Positions 36,998-49,946 of a stretch of 64,000 nucleotides of DNA are shown piece by piece. The notes beneath the pieces were generated by a model. That model did not search any database. It was not told where the DNA came from and saw nothing but the letters and a program-made list of their open reading frames with translations. Source of the DNA: Gonapodya sp. JEL0774 (taxonomy: Eukaryota); NCBI GenBank assembly GCA_027604505.1, contig JADIIX010000125.1, forward strand, positions 1-64,000. The letters are read 5' to 3'. Position 1 is the stretch's first letter. Each line of letters begins with the position of its first letter. Made by a program: the position numbers and the translations under genes.

Positions 36998-38640
36998 ATG
37001 ACATCTGCCGAGCCGGCCCAGCGGCAGGCGACATGCGACTTGCTGGTTCGCACGTGGGGTGTTCAATCCAACGGGCAATGGGGAACTCTCACAGAACCGA
37101 ATCTCCGCACGTGGTGGACAGAAAACAACTGCGTCGCTATTGTCGCTGCGGAGCCCAACCCCCCTGTCCCGGCTTTTTCGGATACGGCGGTTCAGGACAC
37201 CTGCATCGGACTCCAAGCAATATATGGACTGACGACCAGGAACAGCGTATCAAGTATCGGCATTCTAACGTGGAGGTCAGTGTTCGCAGCTAGTTTGAAT
37301 TGAATCTTACATTTTGCAGTGACGCTCTGAACCTGCCCAACAGTTATGCTTTCTTGGGATGCAACGTCTTCGTCACGTTCCCCCCTCGGACTTCGACCAC
37401 ACGAACCAGAACAACTGCAACCACGACGTCTGAGATTTTGCAGACGAGCTCCACAAACTCGAGACCTCAATCGACTACTTCCTCCACAATACTCCAATCA
37501 ATATTACCTGCACCAGTTCCTGTGATGTCTCCCGCAATCTCCTCTGGAGGTTTGGCTACAACAATACCGAACATGTACTCAACCACATCTTCTGTGACAC
37601 CAGCGTCAGTGACGAATGCAGTAGCAGACACCGTTTTGACTTCCGGCGTGGGTGGGTCTGAATCTCGGAACAACACTCCCACAATAGTCGGATCGGTGGT
37701 CGGTGTCGTGTGCGCGCTGCTGCTCATCGCTGGACTATCGTTTTTTGTTGTTCGTCGGCGACGGCGAAAGCACGAGGATTCCGCGACATGGTCTCTCTCA
37801 TCCACTGGTGCTGAGAGGCCTGACAGAGCCTTCAACGCCAAATCCGGCATGCAGGTACAGCATACAGCGAAAACCTTCTCCAGCTCATCAACTGTCTTCG
37901 TTTCTTCTGCGACGGGTACTGATGAGCCAGGCCTTGCGAGCGAGCTCTCAACCGTAGCCAGTCCCATTATTCCAGACAAGCAATCAATCCTCCCTCAACA
38001 TTCGATCAGCACAACTGTGTCCGACGACCCCATTTTCACACTTCCAGTGCGTACACTTACACCTCTGTCGGCTCATCACGCCTTCACGATGGCGGACCCG
38101 TTCTCGGGGCCTGACCCTGGCGAGACTTCTCCCTCACATGAGGAGCCAAGAACTTCTCCCTTTCAACCTTTTGGCCCTGCATCTCCTACAACGGAAACTA
38201 CAGAGTATCCATTCCACGGGGGCTTGGTACGGGCAGCCACAGAAGATTCGGTCGCCTCAACTCCTCAGATGATCACCGATGCATTTAGAAAAGCCATGCG
38301 GGCAGGCGTTGTTGGAAGTATTCAACATTCTGCGAGTCTGGAACAGATGTTGACGGAAACCGAGGACGAGGTCGAGGAAGATGCCGAGGAAGATGTCATT
38401 TCGCTGCCACCTGGAGGGTCGGGGGTTAAAGCAACTCTCTCTGAGGACGAAGGCGGTACAACATCGGAAGCTAGCTTGGGCAGACGATCAAATCGAGATT
38501 CCTGGCTGGTAAAGAAGGGGAGGAGAGACAGGCGAGTTGTGGTGGTGCCAGAAGGCGCTTCTGGGGATGAGGCGGGGGTCACAGTTGGCAGCGACGCACT
38601 AGGGCAGAGTGCGGGTGAAGGAAAGAAGGATGGTTTGTGA
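36998..38640 (+). CDS. Single-pass membrane protein with Ser/Thr-rich stalk (Mid2/Wsc-like architecture)
   Basis: A small Cys/Trp ectodomain, a S/T-rich region, the TM segment IVGSVVGVVCALLLIAGLSFFVV followed by RRRRRK, and an acidic cytoplasmic tail. The signal-peptide exon was not resolved. Confidence 0.8.
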
Positions 38641-38845
38641 ACAATTGTGCTTCTAATGGGTGGTGGAGTCTGGGACTCTCATGTTGTACAATTGTCCGTG
38701 ATATATGTTTCATTTTCATACTTTTTGGGGAATTCTTTATGTAATCAATAATGCTACTTACTACCGTTGAATACCAAACGGTTGGAAGTTGTCTCTGGGC
38801 ACAGATTTAAGTTGTTCGTACTCCGGTCTTCCCCGCTTTCCACAC

Positions 38846-41274
38846 CTATTTTCCTGTAGTCATTGTTCTCCCCTTACCATTCGCCAAAAAGTCCTTACCA
38901 ATAATCGGAGGCCCTGCGGCAACTGCTACCGCCTGAATGACTTGGGTTCTATGCCCCCCACCCTGCTCGACTTTATCCCCTTTCCGAGGTCCAGCTACAA
39001 TCCGAAAACCACCTTGCTCGTCTGTTCGTCCCATAGGTGTTGCAAAATGTTCGCTGGAGGTTGTTGAAGCTTCTGGGGAACCCAGGCTTTCAGTCGTGGA
39101 ATCCATTCCCACATCAGGAGTATTAAATAAGATCACATAGCTCCCTCTTGTCGATCCTAACGTGTTGCTGATTGAGGGAGGAAGTGTTGTTTGCTGCGAA
39201 GCGTCGGACTGTGGGGTGTTCTGCACAGATCTTCGGCGTACAACTTTGAGCGCAGTTGCAGCAACCGAGAGCTTCATTCGAGGACCCGAAGAGGTACTGG
39301 GTGCCGTTACAGAGGACGCGACTTGAAGCGACGGTCGGCGGTGAGGTGGGGTGGTAGGCTTTGCCGACCCCGAGGAAGCACCGGGTACTGCCGGGTCCCC
39401 TGGTTGTTCACTTCGAGGTAAGGTGACCGCACGATGGCGCGTCATTTGATTTACATTCGACTCTTGATCTAGTGTTGTACTTTGGTGGGTTGACAGGTTC
39501 CGACGAGAGGAGCCAGTGTCGACGAGAGAGGTCGTGGACCGCTGTGTTCGGAGAGCCGGTGCATGCGACTGTACGTTTGGCATCCGGCGTGATCCAGCTC
39601 TCGAGAGTGTAGACGGGGGTGTCAATGGTTGTGATGGAATTTGGGATGAAGGGATCAATCGTGAAGCGAGACTAGACTTTCTGGACGTTCTTCCAATAGG
39701 TGGGGGTTCCTGTGCAGAAAGAGATTCCGCGGAGCTCGTACTAGACAGCGGCTCAGATGAAAACGGCACGATCGGTTGTGCAAGGATCACCGCTGCGAGA
39801 ACGACAGTCATGACACGCTGAAAAAAAGGGGGAAGTCAAAACACACTGTTGCATTTGGGTTACGCGATGGCTTCGTCAAGGCGCTCTTACGCGTAGTCGT
39901 CTCTCGGAGTTGAAGCCCTTCATCATATCTAGTACATTCACCCGTTGGTGCGCCTGGACATCTTCAAGCGTTAGTGCGTCTTTGGCTTCCCCGGTGATCC
40001 ACGGGTGGTCAAGAATTTCTTGAGCAGTTATGCGTGAAGCAGGATCGTATCGCAACATCGATTCTAATAGCGCTAAGGCTGCCGGTTGCGGAATTTCATG
40101 TGTGGTAACGTGGAGCTTCTCGTACTCGCGACGACGTTTTCTCACCAGCGGGAGAGATATTTGCAAAGTAACGGCCCGGGTATTCAATTGACTGCTTTCG
40201 CTTGATAAGTGTACCAAGAAACATAATAGCATGTTCTCGATAGCCACATAGTCTGAACTCCTGGGTTCGTGACTCAATGAGTTACTCACGCTTCGATATC
40301 GGGAACTCACAGCAAGTAAAACATTACACCCATACTCCAAACATCGCATTGCTGGGTGTAGCCTAAAGAGTTTTCCATGACCTCCGGGGCTGTAATGTGA
40401 TGATTCAATGTGTGTCGGAAGAATGTATTTTGCAAAGGAAGGAAGGGACTGGACACCAACCCATATAATACGGCGTGCCCGCTGACGTGTCCACGGTGGA
40501 AGACGCATCATTGAATGTACCTAGCCCAAAATCGGAGACTTTTATGTTCCAGGGGTCCGATGGGTCCGTATCGGATAGAAGTATGTTGGCAGGCTGGGGG
40601 GCAGAGCTGCCATGAGAGACGGCCCGACAAGAGACGGATCAACATTGTATCACCTTAAGATCTCTATGGACGATTCCTCGCCTGTGAAGGAACGCGAGGG
40701 CATCCGCCAAACGAGTGATAACGATGCGGACATCGGTCTCTGTGAACATTGGTTTTTGCCGCATTCGGTCGAGAAGTTCACCCCCTTGACAGCTGCATCC
40801 AGTATGTACGCATTTCATTAGCGTCGTGAAAGATATTCGAGTGTGACATAGAGCCTCACTATTCCATGACAAGGTGGACCTTCTTAGGTGACTCGAATGT
40901 CTCTATTAGCTCAACGATGTGTGGATGCGAGTTGACCCTCTTGAGAATTTCAATCTCTCTTTGCAGTTGCTCCATCACTGCAGTCGCTCCAGGCGTTTTC
41001 CCAACGATCTTACACGCACAAACCCGACCGCTCTGGCGATTAGTTACGAGCCGAACCACACCAAATGAGCCCCTGCGTCGCATTAAGGCGGAGAGCATCA
41101 AAGAAGATTGGCTGCAGAGTCAGCAATCGTCCGAATTTACAAGCGAGGTAGCAATCCGGGCACTCACTCTCCGATTTTGCGTCCCAATTCCCAACGTTCC
41201 TCAAATGCTTCACCTGCGTTATGTCCTCGTCCATATTCATGTTGCCCTCCGGATTCGAATTCGATGTTGTCCAT
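38846..41274 (-). CDS. CAMK-group Ser/Thr kinase, STK33-like
   Basis: LGRKIGEGSFGVV (formed by splicing), ACKIV, HPHIVEL, HRDLK, IKVSDFG, GTPLYM, DVWSMG, DPASRITAQEIL, and a post-kinase NVLDMMK motif resembling STK33. Confidence 0.85.
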
Positions 41275-41371
41275 GAATTTGGAGTCAGGCTGAATCACTA
41301 TGTTGTATCTGAGAAGGTGGCTCGGGTTGAATCTTGTTGCTCAGGTTTCCCGCCAATAACCTATCACTACA

Positions 41372-42606
41372 TCATTCAATCTTATTCTTCGCCTTGAAGT
41401 CATCGCAAATTTGACCCATGGTCACCCACTCTACTCCGGGTTTCGTGTTCAAATACGATATGATGCGTTCGTGCTGACGTAAATCCGACATCAAAAAGAA
41501 TTTGCAGGTTTAGTTGGTTCGGGAGATCGAAACGATTTAAAAATTACCATCAATATACACTGAGGTCTTCCCGAAACATCTGGGTGAATCGTCATGGGAA
41601 ACACGAACTCGTCATACTCGCGATAAAAGTAGTCAAACTGATCTATCCATAGCTGTTCAATATCTCTTGGATTCACGTAGCCATGGGAATTCGGGGCGTT
41701 TGGAATATACATCATCGGCGTGGCGTCATCCAAGTACCAACTTGAAGTGGGATGCTTTTTAGCTCGAGAACATACGTAAAATAATCCTGTTTTGGACACT
41801 CACTTTGCGGGGATTTCAACCAATTTTGACAGAGTACCCCTCTGCAACGGTTTCATCCAGGTCTCGGCGGGCTTCGAGTAATCAATCTTCTCCCAGGTAT
41901 CTCCAGTGCGGAGGTAATAGGGCTGACAGTCGTGGTGCATCATCGAATGATCGTACTCCACCCCGTGAGAGAGGAGCACTTCAACAACTCGTGCGCTGGT
42001 GTTCCACCAAGGGGCAACATAGCCCCGCTGAAAAATTGAGAAAATTTCATTGCCAGATTCCGACGTGACAACGCGCCAAAAGTCCTCACAGGTCGTTTCC
42101 CATGACAAAAATCAGTAAGCAACTGAACTGTCTTCTTTGTAATGGCCTCCTCCTGTTCTGTAGATAACTCACCTGTCATGAAGATTAGGATTAGTGTGAC
42201 AGAGAATTGAACTCTCGTGCGACCTTTCATGAAACTCACTTGGATTTTCATGACTGTATCCATGGAGTCCAAGTTCGTGCCCCGCATCCCTGACTGCTGC
42301 CATTTCTTTAGGAAATGTCTCCAATGAATGGCCAGGGACGAAGAAGGTGGCCTTGATCCCAAACTTGTCGAACATTTTCAAGAGTCGTAGCACGCCAACC
42401 TCCCCTGCAAACATTCCCCTGCTGATATCGGAAGGCGAATCCTCTCCACCGTAGGAGCCAAGCCATCCTGAAAGATATAAGAATCCAAGTTGATTGCTTT
42501 GTCACGATGGCGGTCACGGGAGGTCACACGTTTTGACTTCTTGAATACCTGACACGGCATCAACATCTACCCCATATGAGCACAGAACACGCTTTTTCGG
42601 AGACAT
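41372..42606 (-). CDS. Polysaccharide deacetylase (CE4, PuuE/PgdA-like)
   Basis: [67 protein letters not shown] and [13 protein letters not shown]. Confidence 0.92.
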
Positions 42607-42754
42607 TTGCTATGAACGAAGGGAACCGATCATCCGATCGGACCGACAGTGCACTCCAGGCGGCCCGGGTACATATGTAATGCACCACCCGAAAGAATAA
42701 TTTTTGTGTTTCATGCAGATCATGATGTCCATACAATGTATGTTATTATGTAAT

Positions 42755-43937
42755 TCATCGCAATCCACGCCCGAGACGAAGCTTTCCAGTGCGGCGAGCA
42801 TACCAAAACATAGCGGAAGTGGCAGAAAGTGAGAACCTGACAAAACACCAGTTCGGCTCTCAAAGATTTGCATTTGGCTCGGAAAAGAAGATTCTTACCA
42901 AGTCAAAGCATAGCCGAGGTGTTTGTTGCGGAACTCCAGGACCTGCTCCACTGCCCGTGGAAGTGGGGCGACGGCAGTTGTGTGGTGGGATTGATAGTAA
43001 GGAGCGTTTCTTCGTGCTAGAAGATGCCAATTATTTCAAGAGCTGGCACAAGACAACGTACTAAAGATTACTCACTTCTGAGCATCTCCAATATAACTAC
43101 ATCGGCGGCAGCACTTTCCCGAGTTCCCTCCCCTCCCAGGAACCATCTTTCCAATGCTTCTCTCTCGAGCCAGTGCCACTCTCCCACTTGCGGATTATTG
43201 GGTACCATTACTCCCAAAAAGTTAGCTTCAGGACGGCGTGCCAGGCATTCGATGGAGACAGCTGATGTTACATCGTCTTCAGGGACATTGTGGTGTGACA
43301 CGTGGCCTTCCAATGACTTTGCATACTTGGGAATATAGCCACGAATGACAAGAATGAGCGGATTCCTGCTTTCCTGTGGCTTCCCATCCGCAGTACTGAT
43401 TTTGAGTGGAGTGACCACCATATATCCAGTGTTGCCGGTCACCATCATAATGGAGGCAGCGGATTGCCCCTCATCCTTCTCAGCTGCGATTGCTGCAGTG
43501 GTTTTTTGAAGGTTAACCCAATCCGGATCCTCTTCGTGCAGCGGTACAGGTCTGGGGCCGATATAAAGCTCTTTACCGTACTCAAAATTGCCCCTCAAGT
43601 CAATTTTCCGGTACTCCAGCTCTCTCTCACTTCCAGGGGCGAAAACTGTAGCTAAATTTTCCGCTGTCACCGTGACAGGATCCATTTTCCGCACCCGTGT
43701 CTCTGCTCGCTCGATGAGATCGAGCTTCCCCTGAAGGCGATAAAGCTGCCAGATTCCGAGAGCAAAAGTAGCAGCAGGAAACAAGAGCAGTGCGTAGCCA
43801 TTAGAATTGCGTTTGGAAGAGCGAGATTGATGTTGGGACGTTGATTTAGCGATGGAGGGAACTCCAGTGCTTTCTGCTGAGGTGGAAAACGTCCGACCAG
43901 AAGCATTCAAGAGCGGGAACTTGCCACAACATGCCAT
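42755..43937 (-). CDS. SHY1: SURF1/Shy1 cytochrome c oxidase assembly protein
   Basis: FALGIWQLYRL, YRKIDLRGNF, GYMVVTPL, LVIRGYIP, PNNPQVGEWHW and the spliced C-terminus FRNKHLGYALTWFSLS. The start codon could instead be at 43967. Confidence 0.9.
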
Positions 43938-44114
43938 AGTGGGATTTGCGCGCTTTTTTTCTGCCATTGTGAGTTCGCGTCCTTCCCAGTGGAATGGGAG
44001 AGGATTACACGTTGCCCGTCCCATTCGATTGTAGCCGGATATGCTAATGGAAAGAATCTGCGACGATCTGCTAGGCATTTGCTGTATTTGCTTGCGCAGA
44101 TTGAGGACCAAGAA

Positions 44115-45956
44115 TTAATTGAGTGTGTGAGGATTTGTATTTATGGGGTGGAGGGAGCACAAGAGCACATGCGGGACAGGAAGAGTGGTGCAAGACCCAG
44201 AGCCAATAATGGTCGAGTCGTCGCCATGAACTTGCTCAGAACTATGATTGAGATACAGAATTTTATATTGCACTCCTCTCAATAAACTAACTAGTTGCAT
44301 ATCAGAATGATTAAAGATAAAGAGAGAAGAGGTTACGAATATCACAAATTTACATTGAAGCAAATATCACTCCTTCCACAAACACCGCTTGACGCGAAGT
44401 CTTTTCGACGGGGCTGTCCACAAGCTCAGGAATAATCCCGATCTGGAGTGAAAAGGCGGTATCTTGGTTTGCATTGGGGGGTCCCACATTCAGATGCAGG
44501 AGGTGTGGGGGGCTCGCCCACCCCAGTGTGACCGGTAATCACACCAAGTGTACTTGCACGAGTGAGAAGTGCAAATGGATCAGTGCGTTTTGGTCGGTCA
44601 CCAGCCACCTGTTCATAGGGTAGGATCGGTTGCGGGAATCCATAAGTGACGGAGAGAGAAATACACTGGTGCCGTAGGCGTGTAGAAGGGAGTAAGGGTA
44701 TTCTCAATCACTGTTTTCAAAAAGGTATTCATTCATTGGGGACACTTACGAAGTCTATTTCATGTTCAAGTGGATTGTGCTGATCAGAACCGAAGAAATC
44801 TCCTTTCTTCCTTGGGATCCGAGGCCGACTCAGCCCAGAGCTGTAAGAGGGACGGCGCGGGAGCGAGATATGCCCTCCTCCTCGCTCACACGAACCCTTG
44901 AGGTCCTCCCCCCGTGAATTGCTGCGTCCAGTTTCCGCGACCCCTAAACTGGCATTGCGCAATGCATTTTCTAATTCAGAATTCTTTTGAGTGAGCTCTT
45001 TGATAAATTGCAATTGCGCCACAAGAATTTGGGCGTGCAGAGCCTTCTGCAGGATATCACTCTTTTCCTGCAGGGTGCTGACATGTCGCATCAGTTCCGA
45101 GATCTGAATTTGCTGTTCAGCAACAATCTTCCGTTGCTCAGAGAGCGCTTCAGTGAGATTCGTAACCGCAGGTTGAGTTGCAAGCGAGCTTGGAGTTCCA
45201 CTGATTCGCCGAAGGTGGCTTTCGAGGAGCTGCCAGAAAACGGGCTGTCTCATAAATGAACGGCCAGATTTGTCCTTCCCATCACGAAGATCACGCGCAA
45301 GATCAAACGACAGCTCTGTGATTTGGGCCCCATGAGTCAGAAGGTATTCAACAATTTCCCTATTGGGAGAAAGTGCAAACGGCTTTCGAACCTGTTACAA
45401 AAGAAGGACAATAAGCTGCGATACAATCTTCTGTCTTCTTGTTCAAAGTGAAGAGATTCTCACCTGCACAGCTGCCGACGGTTGATTCACAGAGACCACT
45501 GATCCTGGGATGTTAAAATCAAACGTTCCGTGCGAGAGCGCCAGTTCCAGCGCTGTTCCAAACTTTGTGACAGGAGACCAGCGATCTTTCTCCCACTTCG
45601 CCATGGTCCATGGATCCCAGTGCTGCGGCACCTTCCAAGAAACAATATGGTTGACGTTGCAACCTGCGACGAGTTTTCCGTTTCACACATGTACCAATAT
45701 GTTAAGAAGCAGAAGGAAACTCACCGTGCTCCACAAGTTTCTGCACAATGTCCAATCGGGAGTTTCGAATGGCCAGCGTGAGTGCTGACTCCCCCGGTAG
45801 GGTTTCCACTTTGCGAATCTTTCCAATAACCACATTAATCGACACCTTCTTCCGCGCTAAGGTCCCATCAGCTCCGTCTCTCAGTAAAGTTTCCACTTGT
45901 TCCAGCCGTCCCTTCTCGATTTCTTCGATGAGCCGTCCGTTCAGATCGTCATCCAT
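44115..45956 (-). CDS. Ankyrin-repeat plus coiled-coil protein (tandem paralog 1)
   Basis: LIEEIEKGRLEQVETLLRDGAD, GESALTLAI...LDIVQKLVEHG, TALELAL and a coiled coil. The last exons are uncertain. Confidence 0.75.
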
Positions 45957-46639
45957 CCCGGACTACCTTTCCTCGCAAAGATGGAGCGCGTATCACACTT
46001 CCCTGCTACGGTAGCTGGTAATTCTTGCTGTGGAGCGACACGCTCCGGCTGGATTTGATGTTTATTTCTTGATCAATACGTAGCTGGGGGTTTGATAGTT
46101 TTGAATGAAGTCACCAGGTCTCGGTCTCGCGGTGCATTTTGCATCCGCGTTTGCTGTGAACCAAGCAAAATCTGAATGCATAAACCCCCGAACAGAACGT
46201 ACAAATAGATCACAAAACAAAACAGTACGAAAAACGTCCATATACAACAAATACGAGTGGGGGCCAGGAATAGAGTTGCCGGGCTACGTAGCTCACGCCC
46301 CATCTCTCTCACATGCAACCAAAGACAAGCATTCCCAATTTGCCTCATCCAAAGAGCTCTCCGGAAGTGCCTGTTGCAAGACGCTCAGGTGTGGGTGGTT
46401 CGGAGGGCGGAGGTGTTGGAGGAGCATGGGACACAGAACTTCGGGGTCGAATGATCGGCGTGGAGCTGCGGCGCACGTGCACCTCACTCGGCAATTCGAA
46501 GTGTGGATGAAATGGTGGCCCGGGGCTTTGACCAGGTGAGGCAAAGGGGAAGAAGCCATACGTCATGGCGAAAGCAATAGCCTATGCAGATAAGAATCGT
46601 TGCGTCGAATTGATCGCCTTCTGAGGGTGAACGACCCTT

Positions 46640-48603
46640 TCACAATTCACTCACCCATTCCTCATTGCATTCGCACTCTTCCGTGGTTCGCCGTTCATCT
46701 GGCGTCTTGGAAGTATTATTGGAAGTAGTAGAATCAACCGTACGTTCTCTTCTAATCCTGGGGATGCGTGGCCTCGGTGCTCGTTTATTATGTCCAATTG
46801 AAGCCGAACGAACAAGCGACGAAGATGGGTGTAGTTCCGTGACACCAGGTTGGCTCGGATGGTTCTGAGGATGGAGAGGAACGCTCAATGCCGACACCGT
46901 ATCATGTGTCGACGATTCTGCGAGCGAGAAAGCAGTCACTTCCGTTGGTGAAGCAAGTATAGAGGATGGAGTATCTGGCGGTCGGTGTGCAGGAGATTTT
47001 GGCGTCGCCGATAACTCCTCTCGCATTCCCGTATCCTCTCCCGGAGAGTCTCGTCCGTACGAGCACTGCACATCACCATGAATGCTGTTGGACTTGGTTG
47101 GCGATGTTTCAACGCGGATGGCAGGAATATCAATGGGCATTACGCCGCCCAAAGAATCTTGTCTTCGCATTGGGGTTCTTCTGACCACACGAGGCGATGC
47201 ACCATTTGATCGTATTGAATTACGGCGAGGGATATCCGAGGGTCCTGTTCGAGAAATTTCAGGTGCGGCCGATGCCGGCGATCGTGCGGTTGAGCTGTCA
47301 TTCTGACTTTTCACAGATAGCTCAGGCCGCGAATCAGCGAGAGTTGATTGCGTCGAGAGCATGACATCTGAACGAGACGGCAAGAATTTCTCCCGCGCAC
47401 TCGCCTCCTCTAGTTTTCTCTCAAGTTCCACCATCCGCGTGGTGATCGCATGATTCTCAGCTTCCAGTTCCGAAACCCTGTCTGTTCGTTTCCGCAGCTC
47501 AGCGTCTAGTGACGTTGTTTTCTCAACCAGCTCTTTGATAAATTCAAGTTGCCGATAGAGAACTTGTGCGTCAAGTTTCTTCTGTAGAGCCTCGCAATGT
47601 CTTTGTAGCTCCCCAATATGTTGTACGAGCTCCGTGATTTGTTGCCGCTGCTGTGTGTTGGCAGCGTGCTGCTCTTTGTTGAACCGCTGTTGTTCTGCCA
47701 AAGAAGATGCAAGCTTGGCAACAGAAAACTCCGAGTACGCAGGTAGAGAACTTGAGCGCAAAAGAGAAGGAGGCCGGGTGCTGTTGGGCGACTTAGAAGG
47801 ACGTTGAGAATGTTGAATATGCTCCTCCAGAAGATGCAAAAATGAAGGAGTCGGTTCCATCTCCTTCCCGAAAGCGTCCCTCCCGTGACTCAAATTATGG
47901 GCGAGCTCCAACGTCTTTGTAGAGACTTGAGCACCATGCTGGAGCAAGAGACGAACAATATCGAGGCTGGGTTGGAGGGAGAATGACTGGCAAGCCTGCG
48001 AAACCGACAGACAAGGATCGTGATCGGGTTCCTTTCGTTCCTGCCAGAACGCATACGGCACACAAACCTCACTAGAAGACTTCGGGTGGTTAATGACTAC
48101 AGATGGTCCATTGAAATTAAATTTCAGTGGACCTCCTGCCACCATCGCGAAGTCCAGAGCATTCACAAAGGGTGAAGTTCCACCGGCTGGGAACTTCCAC
48201 CTTTCCCGCTCCCATTTTGCCTGTGTCCACATCTCCCAGGATCCCGGAATTAGCCATGAGACTGGACGGTTGATATCACAGCCTAATGTAAAAGTAGCAA
48301 TGTCGTCACGTGGATGATTGGCTCTCAGCCAACCGCTAGACCAAAAGGAGCTTGGGACTCACCCGCCTCGACCAGCGCCCGCACAATATCTACCCGTGCA
48401 CTCCTAATGGCAAGTACAATCGCTACTTCGCAGTTCTGAGTGTCCGTTTTCTTTAGTTCCCTCTCGTCTTCCACCATTCGAATGACAAGCGACACTCTCT
48501 TCGTGCAGTTTGGACTCCCACCGTCCCTTAAGGCAGCCTCGACGATATCAAGTCGTCCGGTCTCCACGCCCTCAATCAATCGGAAGTTGGGACTCTCCGC
48601 CAT
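46640..48603 (-). CDS. Ankyrin-repeat plus coiled-coil protein (tandem paralog 2)
   Basis: LIEGVETGRLDIVEAALRDGGSPN, VDIVRALVEAG, PSLDIVRLLLQHGA and a coiled coil similar to paralog 1. Confidence 0.8.
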
Positions 48604-49187
48604 CGGAACGCTCAGGAGTCAGAGCTACTCAGAGAATGCACTGAAATAAAGACCCTCCCCTGCGAAGTATCCAGATCTTTTGATGAAAGAGGAATATGCT
48701 TCCCATCCACTGGAAATCAGGAATGGATGGGGCAATGGCCCCCAGAACCGGCAGAGCGATATTTCCAAATTCGTGGACAAGAGTCCTCCTTTTTGTCAGG
48801 GGGTCCAAAACAAAATCGCACCTGATCTCGAATGGACGCACTTGGTTCTGCTTGTGTACTGTTTCTCCTCATGGAGTTCATTGCAGTTTACTCCAAAAGA
48901 ATTCTTGTTCATTTTGTCAACATGCAAATCAAACCCTCCCTATTCATGAACTATTCCTCCATCTCCATCTGTGTGCCTGTTCTGCCAGTAGCCTTACTGC
49001 ATCGTAAGAGAAATTAACAATGCAAACTTTGTTGAATAGTGACTTCAGCTGAATTCACCTATTCTACCAATTCTCCGAACCCTGTGACAACCTTGTCTAC
49101 CACATCTCCGATACCGCTTACCAAAGAACTATGTAGTAAAGGCCCAACTGAGCTGCTTTTAAGATCGCGAGTGAAAAAGCAATGGTC

Positions 49188-49946
49188 TTACATGATCGCT
49201 TCAGCCGATTGATCCTCCCTCACCCTATCCATGGTTTGCTCTACTGGTTTCAAAATGCTCAAGGCAGTGGGCTCTCCCACTCCCAAGTTTGTCTCAGCTT
49301 CATTTGCCCTGCGCTCAACTGAGACAGTCGTTGGTGCGGCGGTCTCCTTCTCTGCCCCGCGCTCAGGTGAGACATTAGTCGGTGCGGCGAGCTCAGCAAG
49401 ACCACGAGACCCAAGTGAGAACGCCATGGGCGGAAGGACATGTGGATTTACCTGGTGTTTCGACATAATGGCTACTTAAAGTATCTGTGGTGTGAGGGGT
49501 ACTTTGCCTGCGATCTCTCACCAGCGTGTTCCCGGAGGCAATCGATTTATACCTCGCCTTTCCTGAGTCAGTCACCGGTTTGATTCCTTCGCCGCCTGTC
49601 TGCTGGACCTCCGGGTCCAGTGAAACGTCGCCCTTAGCGACAGCAGCGCTGGAAGATTGTGTATAAAAGATGACGTCAGAGCACCAACCCGAGTAACGAC
49701 ATTTTCTAATCCTGGAACTACTTACTAAGTGACGCCCTCGACTGGCATATGTGGCTCTATTTCAGTCTCGCCTTTCGTTTGCTGCGCTTGAGTCATACTT
49801 TCCTGTGTTTGGAGCGTGGAAACGGAGAAGGTTGGGGCAGGAATGGCCCTCGCAGAATCCGGAACTTCCGTCGAGTCGAGCGGGGGATACGCCGCATGTA
49901 GTGGAGGGAAATCTGAAGGCATGGAGGTCGGCGGTGACGTGGACAT
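49188..49946 (-). CDS. Small disordered multi-exon protein of unknown function
   Basis: ORFs 49725-49946 and 49188-49466 with an intervening exon-like segment. The sequence is P/S/T/E-rich. Confidence 0.5.
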
